DNA of 64,000 bases from Candidatus Hydrogenedentota bacterium (GTDB lineage Bacteria; Hydrogenedentota; Hydrogenedentia; Hydrogenedentales; SLHB01): positions 1 to 64,000 of the forward strand of contig BTWA01000016.1 in the NCBI GenBank assembly GCA_045863295.1, in the 5' to 3' direction. Shown here in pieces: positions 29,801 to 37,353 of the stretch (position 1 is the stretch's first letter; the number at the start of each line of letters is the position of its first letter). The translations under genes were made by a program, and so were the position numbers. Below the pieces are notes generated by a model. It had not been told where the DNA came from. It worked only from the letters and a program-made list of their open reading frames with translations, and did not search any database.

Positions 29801-31545
29801 GCTTCGTCATGGTTCTCAATTCCAAACGTGTCGAGGGCGTCAGCGAAATACTGAAGATGTGCTCGCGAAGCAAAGACCATTTCAGCCGGTACAGATGTAA
29901 TCAGATTGACAGTCAGCTCACCGGGCCAAAACGCTGGCCCGTCTGCCGCGAGAAAAGGCGTGCCCCGGTGTATAAGTGCGTGTGATTCGGCGATGTGGGC
30001 GAGGGTGGGAAAGACGCTGAATGGGCGGTCGGGCTCCGCCTGGGGCGGTGCAGGGACTTCCAAGATCGGTACCGTTGCTGGTATGCGTTCCCATTGTGCG
30101 CCCGACTTAAGTACTCGGCGAGCCCATTTTTCGTTCTCTGCAATCTCTTCTCGGTGCCTTGAGTACAGTTGCGATTGCGAAAGGGCTTTTGTCACTGCGT
30201 GCACGGCAGCTTGAGGCACGTTCGTTTCTCTGATCCACGATTCCAGAGCTGGAATTAGAAGGGGAAGGACACCGAGACGGCGCATGCGGACGTTCCACGT
30301 GCGCCGAAGGTCTATTTCGTCCGCTATTTCGCTTGGTTCATCATTCTCAATGCCCTCAATGCGCTGGCGTCCGGCATCCAAGAAGAAGTAGCCGTGGAGG
30401 GTCAGCTGCACATCCAGGCCCGATTCAAGCGTGCGCTCTTCATTGCCTTCACCAACAGGAAGGAACACAGCCCAGGAGATCGTGAGTCGGCCACTGCTCT
30501 CGGATGCACGGTTCCTTGAGATGAAGTTCACAAGACCATGCGGTACTGCTTTCTCACGGGATTCAACCCATGCTGTCGCGTCTGGGTTAAGGCTGATGCC
30601 TTTGGGCCAGTACTCAGAGTCAACTAGACACTTAAGCGCACAATCTCCAGCAAGTGCCTCAAATCCGGCGTACGTAAGCGTCGTAAGCGATGCGGCATCG
30701 GTGTGATGCCAAGTGATCTCAGCGTGTCCCAATAAAGGTGCTCGTTCTGTTTCAGGCAAGGCATCCGGAAAACGACGCTGGCTGGAGTGTGGGGTCAGCG
30801 CTACGGTGAATTGCTTCTCAGACCGATGCCCAACCGATGGGGCCATCCAGGCATTCAGCGTTCGGACATGGTGCAACTGCGGTAAAACGCGAGACAACTG
30901 ACCGGCCAACTCTTCACAAAAGACTGCGTCCAAGTTTGGCGGTTCAAGTTGGTCGCCTGGATAAGCCTCTACTATTGGAGCGATGCCTTCAAGGACAGAC
31001 CGTCGCCTAAGAGGCACCCAGAGGCAGAACCAATTATTCTCTGGCAAGAGTGGCGAGAGGAAGGCTCGCATAGTCTGGAGGGTCGCGACCGATACGTCGT
31101 CCCACGCCGCGTGCTGCAAGCCACTCCATGGGTTCAGGATGTTTCCAGAAACGGTCGCACCAGTCCCGTTGTGCGGTGGATGCCATAGGTAGAAAAAGGC
31201 CTCGCAAAGGTGAAAGACGCTCTTGAGTCCGAGACCAAATTTCCCGACACTGGCCCGCTCGGCAGCCTTGTAGCCCAAACCGAATAGGCGAATCGCCTTT
31301 TCGTCCGCACCCGTAAATTTACCATCATTAACGAAGAAAACGGCAGGACCTCGCAGCAACGGGTGAGCATCATCCGGAAAACCAGGGCACCAGCCGAAAT
31401 CTAGGCAGGTGGCTTCCGCCGCGTCATCGGCGTTCTGTAAGATCTCCTTGATAATAGGGAAGCCCTTGGCGTACCGGTCATGTAGGTTGTCCCGGATGAG
31501 CTGTATATGCGCCGCCGGGGGCGTTTCGAATCCTCTATTCGACAC
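23875..31545 (-). CDS. 2,556-aa protein with two sacsin-like GHKL (HSP90/MutL-fold) ATPase modules
   Basis: Module 1: KEILQNADDA, NDG, GKFGLGLKSVF. Module 2 (~26,780-26,480): EFFQNADDA, HWG, GKFGLGFKSVF. Each is followed by an S5-fold-like segment (LHGYFFLD.GR; INGPFPLDVGR). Confidence 0.88.
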   Translation of the reverse strand: MSNRGFETPPAAHIQLIRDNLHDRYAKGFPIIKEILQNADDAAEATCLDFGWCPGFPDDAHPLLRGPAVFFVNDGKFTGADEKAIRLFGLGYKAAERASVGKFGLGLKSVFHLCEAFFYLWHPPHNGTGATVSGNILNPWSGLQHAAWDDVSVATLQTMRAFLSPLLPENNWFCLWVPLRRRSVLEGIAPIVEAYPGDQLEPPNLDAVFCEELAGQLSRVLPQLHHVRTLNAWMAPSVGHRSEKQFTVALTPHSSQRRFPDALPETERAPLLGHAEITWHHTDAASLTTLTYAGFEALAGDCALKCLVDSEYWPKGISLNPDATAWVESREKAVPHGLVNFISRNRASESSGRLTISWAVFLPVGEGNEERTLESGLDVQLTLHGYFFLDAGRQRIEGIENDEPSEIADEIDLRRTWNVRMRRLGVLPLLIPALESWIRETNVPQAAVHAVTKALSQSQLYSRHREEIAENEKWARRVLKSGAQWERIPATVPILEVPAPPQAEPDRPFSVFPTLAHIAESHALIHRGTPFLAADGPAFWPGELTVNLITSVPAEMVFASRAHLQYFADALDTFGIENHDEALKAVGELLRKAFREVSLSDLRGNAASLKRVIEHLPVDWFFSIPQSVPADLNSFLARLDLDCIPVSDQFFTGEGTLLENDLSRILKAFANPPDALKQRPDWPKVCSDFIVHALEVKGDKEIIRTPPHNQYKLFRVKDCASETEVLESATAIAQAFDRRTAFALGQLLAPEGLAHDLQQALQALRILLLPAESYKAVLGEARHLCDAAACVDVLETVPALREPGQRAALLSALLAANLDFQLPQPRKAVRYLLHGSPEHYDDAGLLVAANTANEEDIWTKLVRLIVPSWRYVPRELANVLNPEHSRALDVTPITPDGTLHILRESMESLRTLDLTTLSATEREQLLDQIIDDDVLKRLPIHETMSGQLISVCPNTYLDAGIQPRTALGALLKIVRRLPTKRHATIQEEFLDSLTPVKLLELALKQENPAAYWQDIAAALKETRAQELDALAEQLRERAWMLLTPGGSVAPRTVLEINGLDQALGRLVFPHDSGCIPVHAVLRTCWEHPGVQRHKEKMLPPFQYRLEMLGEVLACQQTEEYRCGLSSLDDVQLQDFVYLFAGSGVLPVADIIQKILAKHPNAPTQICHYLLPHVGHAPCTDKLVRIMSHLANGHMNAGREEKEKWKRWHDQYLEVVRQSTNLAAILPQIKLRNRAGRWRATTELCVWAENIRDEDLLDARQAELLGLAGAHADPETELQQVGHAEPHVQIDEIAFDQSAHTLREYFRPWRERLPEELIGALLAFLGDHPAVRNLAKEHLGQRSIEATRDLFHWDTMMGLGVGRDEDVHTAMIKQRFLVSISAGDTVDVTSIAGTSFKAMLKQDADSIFVGATFKNVWSAEQERAGYRITRIDLRQIDIETVVSDSTLSHILRNSLDRLFSFVYRRAVPSLDEFWMDMAKSEQLDIDIARNMLLESAFFYVGQLGISKQLPELQGILTRYDQVRKQIAEEEHAAATTGRIVGDTGRATALKEVKLEFVERLESDPEVQTMFLAAIRKKVGEHYQYSPQSVPFEFFQNADDATIELNEMLTAAGLPPQQEAFVVAWQDNTLNFMHWGRPINKFRESGFEQGQERGFDRDLERMLVLNASDKNVLGDGSSVTGKFGLGFKSVFLICDRPKIRSGRLGFEILGGMWPKAVPTEDLADQLRDVRPSLRSGTIVALEDMRETTTLEAIIQRFHELAGILLAFSRNIKSIELRQPNSLSIGVEWREEPLNDSATLVVAQVDLPPDMARSHVLKIKAAQGSLLFKMDGCGFARLPDCVPTIWVTAPTEETSDLGFAINGPFPLDVGRARLGRDSNEYRTLAHAISGELGKCLCELYDRGRSDWAGLSRALGLLHDLDEYQFWESFWILCVAPFAAGNRDRSNEAYALAREILWSAPDRGGAHLLRSREAVPTGLWGAYRMLTKSGEIASVVLGVLEDENLFSRVSKWEAAAILLTPGRTVSASRYWALTRLKMIEADEVEKVSLRTILEADVHEGACVDPEKAAEFGTIITREFLQSLERGTTAQQDERNSLLELLTTYRFQAQDGSVQSAQDLLVAHGNETEPSDEGLRAAFAPASIVLNGNYCDSDASCAFFLACRPRMYAPVERLREWAIVAATQAERSAVLTYLLKGELGRELGHELRGAKAGTWFETRQQIEFSCDLTPDDIHEICGLLGIYPSELTLVPPTTIPGIDAAEALKQILAWWLSVKDEKTSEYEQQLYPDGVIDFLSADYDSKDEGQRRSWFTLFLLGMTHTMGRARPEQHRNFVNLCAQKRWLDVFVAKESSAEDWIRVLDEYIDNPIDSGEFSHWMKLFPNIYRVARYLDEYVGAFIAIEGLQRTFDLKEITILRSSPVFQGGGHDAPDLSRTLGIGACFVMRELVRKQILKNPHAHRYCFTPTKRVRDVFQAFGCADVADFERDRNAIYIYRFVAEHLGEQDATFDLSFDVPFYFLAQDPSLQQQTLGRLISVAGAESESGDFVTLGNGRVIPRWYMHG

Positions 31546-31662
31546 TAAGAGTCCCCTGGTGTCATTCCTTATCAGCTACAGCCACACGACACAGTCGCAA
31601 GCTGTTCATTGCCTAATTTCGAGTCGCATGACTTCACTCTGCGGGAACTGCCGATGCCGCAC

Positions 31663-31845
31663 CTACCGAGTCTGATCTTCGCGATCTTCACTCTGCACGT
31701 ACTTTTCCGCTGCCTCCCTCACGACCCACGCCAGGGATACTTTCTTCCTTCTGGCGATGCGTTCTAATGCCCTGTAGAGTTCGGCAGGAAAGCCAATGGA
31801 GGCCCGCACCAGCGCGCCCTTTCTCTTCGATTTGACCTTCTGCAC
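31663..31845 (-). CDS. Ribbon-helix-helix (CopG-like) regulator, ~60 aa
   Basis: VRASIGFPAELYRALERIARRKKVSLAWVVREAAEKY. GGGAGAGG RBS before GTG 31845. Confidence 0.85.
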   Translation of the reverse strand: MQKVKSKRKGALVRASIGFPAELYRALERIARRKKVSLAWVVREAAEKYVQSEDREDQTR

Positions 31846-31857
31846 AATACCTCTCCC

Positions 31858-31889
31858 TGTGGTGATCACCACATTACACCGAATTGGTG
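31858..31889. promoter_or_regulatory. Palindromic operator candidate upstream of the RHH gene
   Basis: Perfect 16-bp palindrome TGTGGTGATCACCACA (31858-31873) plus CACC-N5-GGTG (31877-31889). Confidence 0.6.
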
Positions 31890-32160
31890 CGTATCGGCAA
31901 AATTACGCCACCCCGGTATCGTGGCAGTCTGGCGGGAATAACAGGCTCCTAGCCGGGAAGACCTTACTTTTGAGCAAACGGTACAGGGGAGCCGCTCACC
32001 AAGGAACGGCCGGTTCCAGGTAGAGAGGTATGCTCGTCGGGTACTAGCATGGCGACGATCAGAAGAGCGAAGGTATGGCGGGACGGGCGGGACCGGCTGA
32101 AATTGAACTGCGTCAATAAGTTTACTTATTCGGAGCGATTCAATGCGGAGAAAACGATAA

Positions 32161-33333
32161 GTGAAAACCAAAGAATGGCGAATGACTCGTCAAGAATTCT
32201 ACGAGCATCTATGGAGCAAGCCCATGAAGGTTTTGGAAGAGGAACTCGGGATTTGGTACGGCCAGATGCTGGGAATAATTCGAGACTACAAGATTCCTCA
32301 ACCGCCGATGGGACACTGGATGAAGGTCCAACATGGAAAGTCCGCTCGCAAGCCGCCATTGGAACCACTTCCCGGCAAAGAGGAAATCGTGTTGAACCTT
32401 TACGTGCCAGATGAACGTCCGTACGACGAGCAGCAGAAGCAGCAGGCGGAGGGCTTGCTCGCAAAGGATTCGAGCCCAGAGAAACGTATCGTCGTCCCGA
32501 ATGAGTTGACCGACGCTCATCCGTTGGTTATGAGGGCGGAACGGAGTCTTCGAAATGCGAGTGCAAATGAAAGACAACTGTTGATCCCGTCTGCGAAGAA
32601 TTGCCTTGATATTCGTGTGTCGAAGGAAGCTTTGTCTCGTGCGTTGCGAATCATGGACGCACTGATCAAAGCACTGGAAGCCCGAGATATTGCCGTTGAA
32701 CTTACCGGGGAGCGAGACATTCCGACACGCGTCATCGTCTTGGGAGAGACATTTGGGATAGGCCTTGCGGAAAAGGTGGATCGGCGGGAAAAGGAACTAA
32801 CGCCGCAACAAAAGAAGGAAAAGGAGTGGCACTCATGGATGTACAGTCGGCAAGAATTCACGTACCATCCAAATGGTCAGTTTGTACTCAGCATCAAAGA
32901 AGGTCGCACAAGCTATGGTCGACAGAACTGGTCGGATGGTAAAGTGCAGCGGGTCGAAAACCTGCTTAACAAGTTCATCTGCGCGTTGTACCGTTCCGCG
33001 GTCACCGCTCGTTCGGACCGGATACAGCGCGAAATTGACGAAGCGAAGCGACTGGAAAAACAGCGGAGGAATGAAGAACTGCGGCGACTGCAGCAGATTG
33101 AGCGCGCACGACTCGAGAACCTGGAGAAGCACGCCGAATTGTGGAAGCGCAGCCAAACGATCAGAGCGTATGTTGGGGCCGTCCAGGAGCGGGCCGACAA
33201 AGAGACGTTTACATACGGAGACCTTCCGGTGACGGAATGGATAGACTGGGCGCTTCAGCAGGCCGATCGCCTTGACCCACTCTGTGTGAGCCCTTACTCC
33301 GTGCTTGACGAGAAGGTAGACTCGTGGTGGTAA
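32161..33333 (+). CDS. Hypothetical protein with N-terminal HTH-like region and C-terminal coiled coil
   Basis: TRQEFYEHLWSKPM...IPQPPMGHW and W..WA...AD.LDP. I recognise this pattern from mobile elements; function unknown. Confidence 0.75.
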   Translation: MKTKEWRMTRQEFYEHLWSKPMKVLEEELGIWYGQMLGIIRDYKIPQPPMGHWMKVQHGKSARKPPLEPLPGKEEIVLNLYVPDERPYDEQQKQQAEGLLAKDSSPEKRIVVPNELTDAHPLVMRAERSLRNASANERQLLIPSAKNCLDIRVSKEALSRALRIMDALIKALEARDIAVELTGERDIPTRVIVLGETFGIGLAEKVDRREKELTPQQKKEKEWHSWMYSRQEFTYHPNGQFVLSIKEGRTSYGRQNWSDGKVQRVENLLNKFICALYRSAVTARSDRIQREIDEAKRLEKQRRNEELRRLQQIERARLENLEKHAELWKRSQTIRAYVGAVQERADKETFTYGDLPVTEWIDWALQQADRLDPLCVSPYSVLDEKVDSWW

Positions 33334-33500
33334 TTGCACAACGAGACCTGAGTGAGTCAGCTCTGGGGTCAAGAACGACGTTGCGAACAGATTTCCTGCT
33401 CTTCAGGTGATACTCAATTTGATAATTACAAATTGACGACCATGGTGAAAATGGTTAAGATGGGAAGGTGGTGAGGAGCGAGCGTATCTCGCTCTGTTGT

Positions 33501-33570
33501 CGTAAGTTATAGATTTTGTAAGTACTTGTGGCGGCTTGGGTTAAGACTCTCATAACCCAAAGGTGCGGGT
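33501..33570 (+). repeat. tRNA-fMet-like fragment / putative att scar 2 with GTAAGT arm-like repeats
   Basis: CTCATAACCCAAAGGTGCGGGT resembles the fMet anticodon loop and 3' side. GTAAGT at 33502, 33518 and 33602. Confidence 0.55.
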
Positions 33571-33632
33571 GGTCGTAACTTTCGAGACTCGGCCAGTTTA
33601 CGTAAGTCAGAAGTGCCCAACTGATACTTGAC

Positions 33633-33869
33633 TTGATACACACGAAGAAAGCCCATTCAAGTTCCGAATCGCCATATATCTCCCCCAAGCAATTAGCCGC
33701 TCGGTGGTGCTGTTCCCGCTCCACGGTCGACCGCATCACGGCACGACACGAATTCACTCGAGTGTGCCTCGGCGAAGGAAAGAACGGCATCGTGCGCTTT
33801 CTCGTCGAGGAAGTTGAGCAGTTTGAACAATCGCGGACAGTGCCGAAGCCGGCTCGGCGCTCCAGATAG
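33633..33869 (+). CDS. Small excisionase/AlpA-like winged-HTH protein
   Basis: YISPKQLAARWCCSRSTV...VRFLVEEVEQFE. Confidence 0.7.
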   Translation: MIHTKKAHSSSESPYISPKQLAARWCCSRSTVDRITARHEFTRVCLGEGKNGIVRFLVEEVEQFEQSRTVPKPARRSR

Positions 33870-34115
33870 CTCTGTTTCCGCCCGTCTCTTCCGCTGTTCG
33901 CAGTTACTCATTTCCGCTCGCACGCCGGATCGAAGAGAAATCAACGGCCCACACATGCTGTCATCGGTTAAGCTCAAGCTACCCAGGACGGCACCGGAAT
34001 CACTCTATCCCAAATGGAATCGAGCCAATCGCAGGTGTTTTGTGATCTCTGAAACCTCTTGTCTTCTTCCGCCGCTCATTCAGTGCGGAGGTCAATTCTA
34101 CAGGAGTCGACTAAG

Positions 34116-34529
34116 ATGCTTGATGATCGAACGCTGCCAAAGCATGTTGGAGAGCCCGAGCCTCCGCTTAGGTTGACTCGTGACGCCGACCTAGATGACA
34201 GACTCCTTGACGAGGTCGGCGGACAATTCCACCCAAGCGTAGACACCAGACTTGATCGGGATTCACGTGACCGCTTCATACTTTGCCCCCGTGATGAATT
34301 CATACCGGGACTTGGCGACCAATTCTGGGCCGGACGGCACAACTCTTTCCAGCCGAATTCGGGCGATGGTTTTCTACCGGATCCGCATGACGGCTTTGCT
34401 CCAGGTTCACATGATGGGTTTCTTCATGGCACTGGCGATATTTTTCGGCCGTCCCCAGGCGATGCCTTTCTTCCAGATCCGCGCGATCGATTCTCGCCGG
34501 ACTCTGGTGACGCATTTCCACCAGCCTAA
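34116..34529 (+). CDS. 137-aa protein with 11-13 degenerate octapeptide repeats [GHR]DxFxPxx
   Basis: AGGAG RBS before ATG 34116; 24-nt periodicity from 34266 to the stop. Confidence 0.65.
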   Translation: MLDDRTLPKHVGEPEPPLRLTRDADLDDRLLDEVGGQFHPSVDTRLDRDSRDRFILCPRDEFIPGLGDQFWAGRHNSFQPNSGDGFLPDPHDGFAPGSHDGFLHGTGDIFRPSPGDAFLPDPRDRFSPDSGDAFPPA

Positions 34530-34592
34530 TATGGTTGCTTACAATCTTCGGACGTATACGCTCAACACCGTAGTGCTTACATCCGACTCCGT

Positions 34593-34882
34593 CTACCGCG
34601 GGTCGCCCGTGCGGTCCTCGAGGGCCTCGTAGATGGCCAGCAGCGCCTTCTCCCGCCAGTACTCCAGCCGGAAGACCTCGACACCCACGTCCCGGCTAAC
34701 CGCGTCCAGCGGCTCACCGTTCAACAGTCGTAACACCACATCGCACTTACGCTGCGCACTCCAACGTTGCTTCGGCCCCAAGAGACCCTGCTTATCTCCC
34801 TTCGATTCCTTGCTCATAACCCGTCCTCCTTGGTTCACAATTATCTCAAATTCGGATCCAATAAAACTGAGCCCGGCTTACG
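34593..34882 (-). mobile_element. Truncated IS3-family remnant (orfA fragment and degenerate left inverted repeat)
   Basis: RWSAQRKCDVVLRLLNGEPLDAVSRDVGV...W (orfA HTH). Upstream CGTAAGCCGGGCTCAGTTTTATTGGATCC resembles an IS3 left end. No orfB present. Confidence 0.65.
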
Positions 34883-35179
34883 CGTAATTGTTCACCAGTT
34901 TCGTGCTCTACGAGACATTTGAACTTTGCGGCAAGATGGAATCTGGTGAAAAACCGGCTCAGTGGCCTTCTCCAAGCTATTGTCCCTGCGTGGTTTAGCG
35001 AAGAAAATAGACGCGATGGTCCAGTTCTCACATCAAGCCGGAAAGGCGGAGGTCCGAACGACCCTATGCGAGACCTCATTCAACGGTGCATGAAGGTCCC
35101 GAACACAAGCGAAAGCCTCGCCCCCTCCCATCCATTCCCGCGTTGCATCATTTATGTGGCATTAATTATGATAAGACTT

Positions 35180-35758
35180 ATGGACTCGAAGACCTTCACA
35201 GTTCGTGAAGTAGCGGAGCGGCTCGGCGTGGCAGCACCCACGGTATATCACTGGGTTGCCAACGGCGTGCTGAGACACACGCGGAAATCGAGACGAATTT
35301 TGTTTACTGATTCCGATCTTGTCGAATTTGCGCGATCACGCTACGTTCCGCGTCAAAGAATCAGACAAGGCCAGGCGGAAGACGTCTTGAATCCTCTGCG
35401 GCGGGGACCTCTCGGATATGCAATCGTCGAGAACAAGATTCGCTTGATCCCCGATGAGGCTAGGCTGGTCCGCTTTGTCTACGACGTTTACGCTTTGGCC
35501 GGTGACTTGGACTGGGTTCTGCGTTTCCTGAACACTCGCTCCATGTTTCCTGCGGATGGCACTCCATGGACCCGGAAACTGCTGTACGCTCTGCTTTCAA
35601 ACCCCATCTATAAGGGCAGGCTCCCCATAGCCAAACGGAAGGAACTCGCATCAAAAGTAGATTTTAGGCGTGAAGTCTTCCAGCCAATCGTGAGTCGCGA
35701 ACTATACTCCCGAGTGCGAATCCTGCTCGACCGCGAGCAACGGAGTGATGAATCATGA
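35180..35758 (+). CDS. Excisionase-type HTH fused to a serine-recombinase DNA-binding (Recombinase) domain; no catalytic domain
   Basis: FTVREVAERLGVAAPTVYHWV (HTH_17), then PLGY...EARLVRFVY...W....L..LLSNPIYKG...PIVSRELY. ATGA overlap with the recombinase. Confidence 0.8.
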   Translation: MDSKTFTVREVAERLGVAAPTVYHWVANGVLRHTRKSRRILFTDSDLVEFARSRYVPRQRIRQGQAEDVLNPLRRGPLGYAIVENKIRLIPDEARLVRFVYDVYALAGDLDWVLRFLNTRSMFPADGTPWTRKLLYALLSNPIYKGRLPIAKRKELASKVDFRREVFQPIVSRELYSRVRILLDREQRSDES

Positions 35759-37353
35759 AATCGTGCGGCTTGTACGTGCGTGTCTCGACAGACATGCAGG
35801 CGCAGGTGAGAGATGGCTCTCTTGACACGCAAGAAGACAAATTGCGCGCGTATGTCAAGCTTCGGGATTCATCGAAGGAGAGTTGGCAGGTCGTAGAGGT
35901 GTACCGTGAAGAGGGACGCTCTGGGGCAGATGATTCTCGTCCACAGTACACACGGCTCATTCACGACGCGCAAAGCGGCCGAATCAATGTTGTCCTGTGC
36001 ACGAAATTAGACCGTTTTTCTCGGTCGCTTCTGGACTTTTACAAGGCATACGAGCAGTTCCAGGCGAAGGAAGTTGATTTCATCACGCTTGAGGAAAACT
36101 TCGACACCTCGACGCCCGCTGGTCGAGCGATGCTAAAGATCGCTCTCGTTTTTGCGGAGCTAGAGCGGGAGCAAACATCAAAGCGCACGAAGGACAAGAT
36201 GGAGTGGCGGGCACAACAGGGCCTCTGGAACGGTGGACAGATACTCGGTTACGACATCGACCCCGACGACCACGGTATTCTGAAGATGAATCCGGAAGAG
36301 GCTCAGATTGTTCAACTGATATTCAACACCTATCTTGAGACGCATTCGTACCTGAAGACAGCGAAAGTTGTGAATGAGAAGGGGATTCGCTCGAAACAGT
36401 TTCACTCGCGTCGAGGAAACCTTCGAGGGGGGAACACTTTTCAGGACACCACGATAGGACACATCCTTCGGAATCCAGTTTACATCGGCAAGGTCACACA
36501 CAACGGGATGATTTACGAGGGAAAACACGATGGCATTATTCCACCTCCATTGTGGGAAGAAGTTCAGGAGTGCATCAGACTATATGGTCCAAAACGGAGT
36601 GGCGGCCGACAACACCGATTACACGTTTTTCTTTTGGAAGGACTCGTTGAGTGTGGCTGGTGTGGCGCCGCAATGACTCCGAAATTTGCCCATGGACAAA
36701 ACAAGAAGCGGTACTTCTACTACCAATGCTCGCGAAATGACCATCGGGGCAAAGATGGCTGCAAAATGAAGTATGTGCCGGCAGAGCCACTTGAACGTCT
36801 CGTATCAGAGCGTATAAAGGACATCGCAACCGACGACAACTTGCTCGAGGGGATCGTCCAAGAGGCAAACGAAACGTCGAAAACCGAGCGAGACGAAATC
36901 GCGAGGAAACGAAAGCTGCTGAGCAGACAACTCGCCGAAGTGAAGCAGACGGTCAATAATTGGTTAGACCTAATCGGCAACGGTACGGCCAAGAAAACAG
37001 GCTCGGCCACGACGTTGCTGGAGCGGATCGGAGAGGGCGAGAAACGGCGGAAGGAACTTGACCAAGGATTAATGGAGCTGGGTCTCCAGGAGGGGGAACT
37101 GAAGAAGAAAATTCTTGACGCCGAGATTATGCGGGACTCCCTAGACAGGTTCCGAGACCTTTTTGACGAGGCTCAGGAAGAGGAAAAGAAATTCCTGCTC
37201 CAGTTGATGATAGCCCGCATCATCTGGACGCCCGAGGAAATAAAGATCGCCCTGTACGATCGTCCGACCGATACAGGGCGATTATCGACCAACTCCAGCG
37301 TAAACCGCGACGGCGAAGTTTCGCTGGAGATCGCAAACTGGCTCCGCGGGTAG
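35755..37353 (+). CDS. Large serine recombinase (integrase)
   Basis: YVRVST catalytic Ser, RP, LDRFSR, Recombinase domain (ILRNPVYIG), zinc ribbon (CGWCG...YYQC...GC), coiled coil. Confidence 0.96.
   Translation: MKSCGLYVRVSTDMQAQVRDGSLDTQEDKLRAYVKLRDSSKESWQVVEVYREEGRSGADDSRPQYTRLIHDAQSGRINVVLCTKLDRFSRSLLDFYKAYEQFQAKEVDFITLEENFDTSTPAGRAMLKIALVFAELEREQTSKRTKDKMEWRAQQGLWNGGQILGYDIDPDDHGILKMNPEEAQIVQLIFNTYLETHSYLKTAKVVNEKGIRSKQFHSRRGNLRGGNTFQDTTIGHILRNPVYIGKVTHNGMIYEGKHDGIIPPPLWEEVQECIRLYGPKRSGGRQHRLHVFLLEGLVECGWCGAAMTPKFAHGQNKKRYFYYQCSRNDHRGKDGCKMKYVPAEPLERLVSERIKDIATDDNLLEGIVQEANETSKTERDEIARKRKLLSRQLAEVKQTVNNWLDLIGNGTAKKTGSATTLLERIGEGEKRRKELDQGLMELGLQEGELKKKILDAEIMRDSLDRFRDLFDEAQEEEKKFLLQLMIARIIWTPEEIKIALYDRPTDTGRLSTNSSVNRDGEVSLEIANWLRG

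Noticed and set aside
34218..34529. CRISPR array or double-glycine RiPP precursor
   Set aside because: No constant nucleotide repeat with spacers and no cas genes. The 'EVGG' is in register with the octapeptide repeat (GGQF), and no peptidase transporter or maturase is nearby.
34812..34823. Third tRNA-fMet-like match GCTCATAACCCG
   Set aside because: Explained as the reverse complement of the IS orfA start codon and RBS spacer, and it lacks the upstream ACTTG/TGTAA context. It does show that such short matches can arise by chance.
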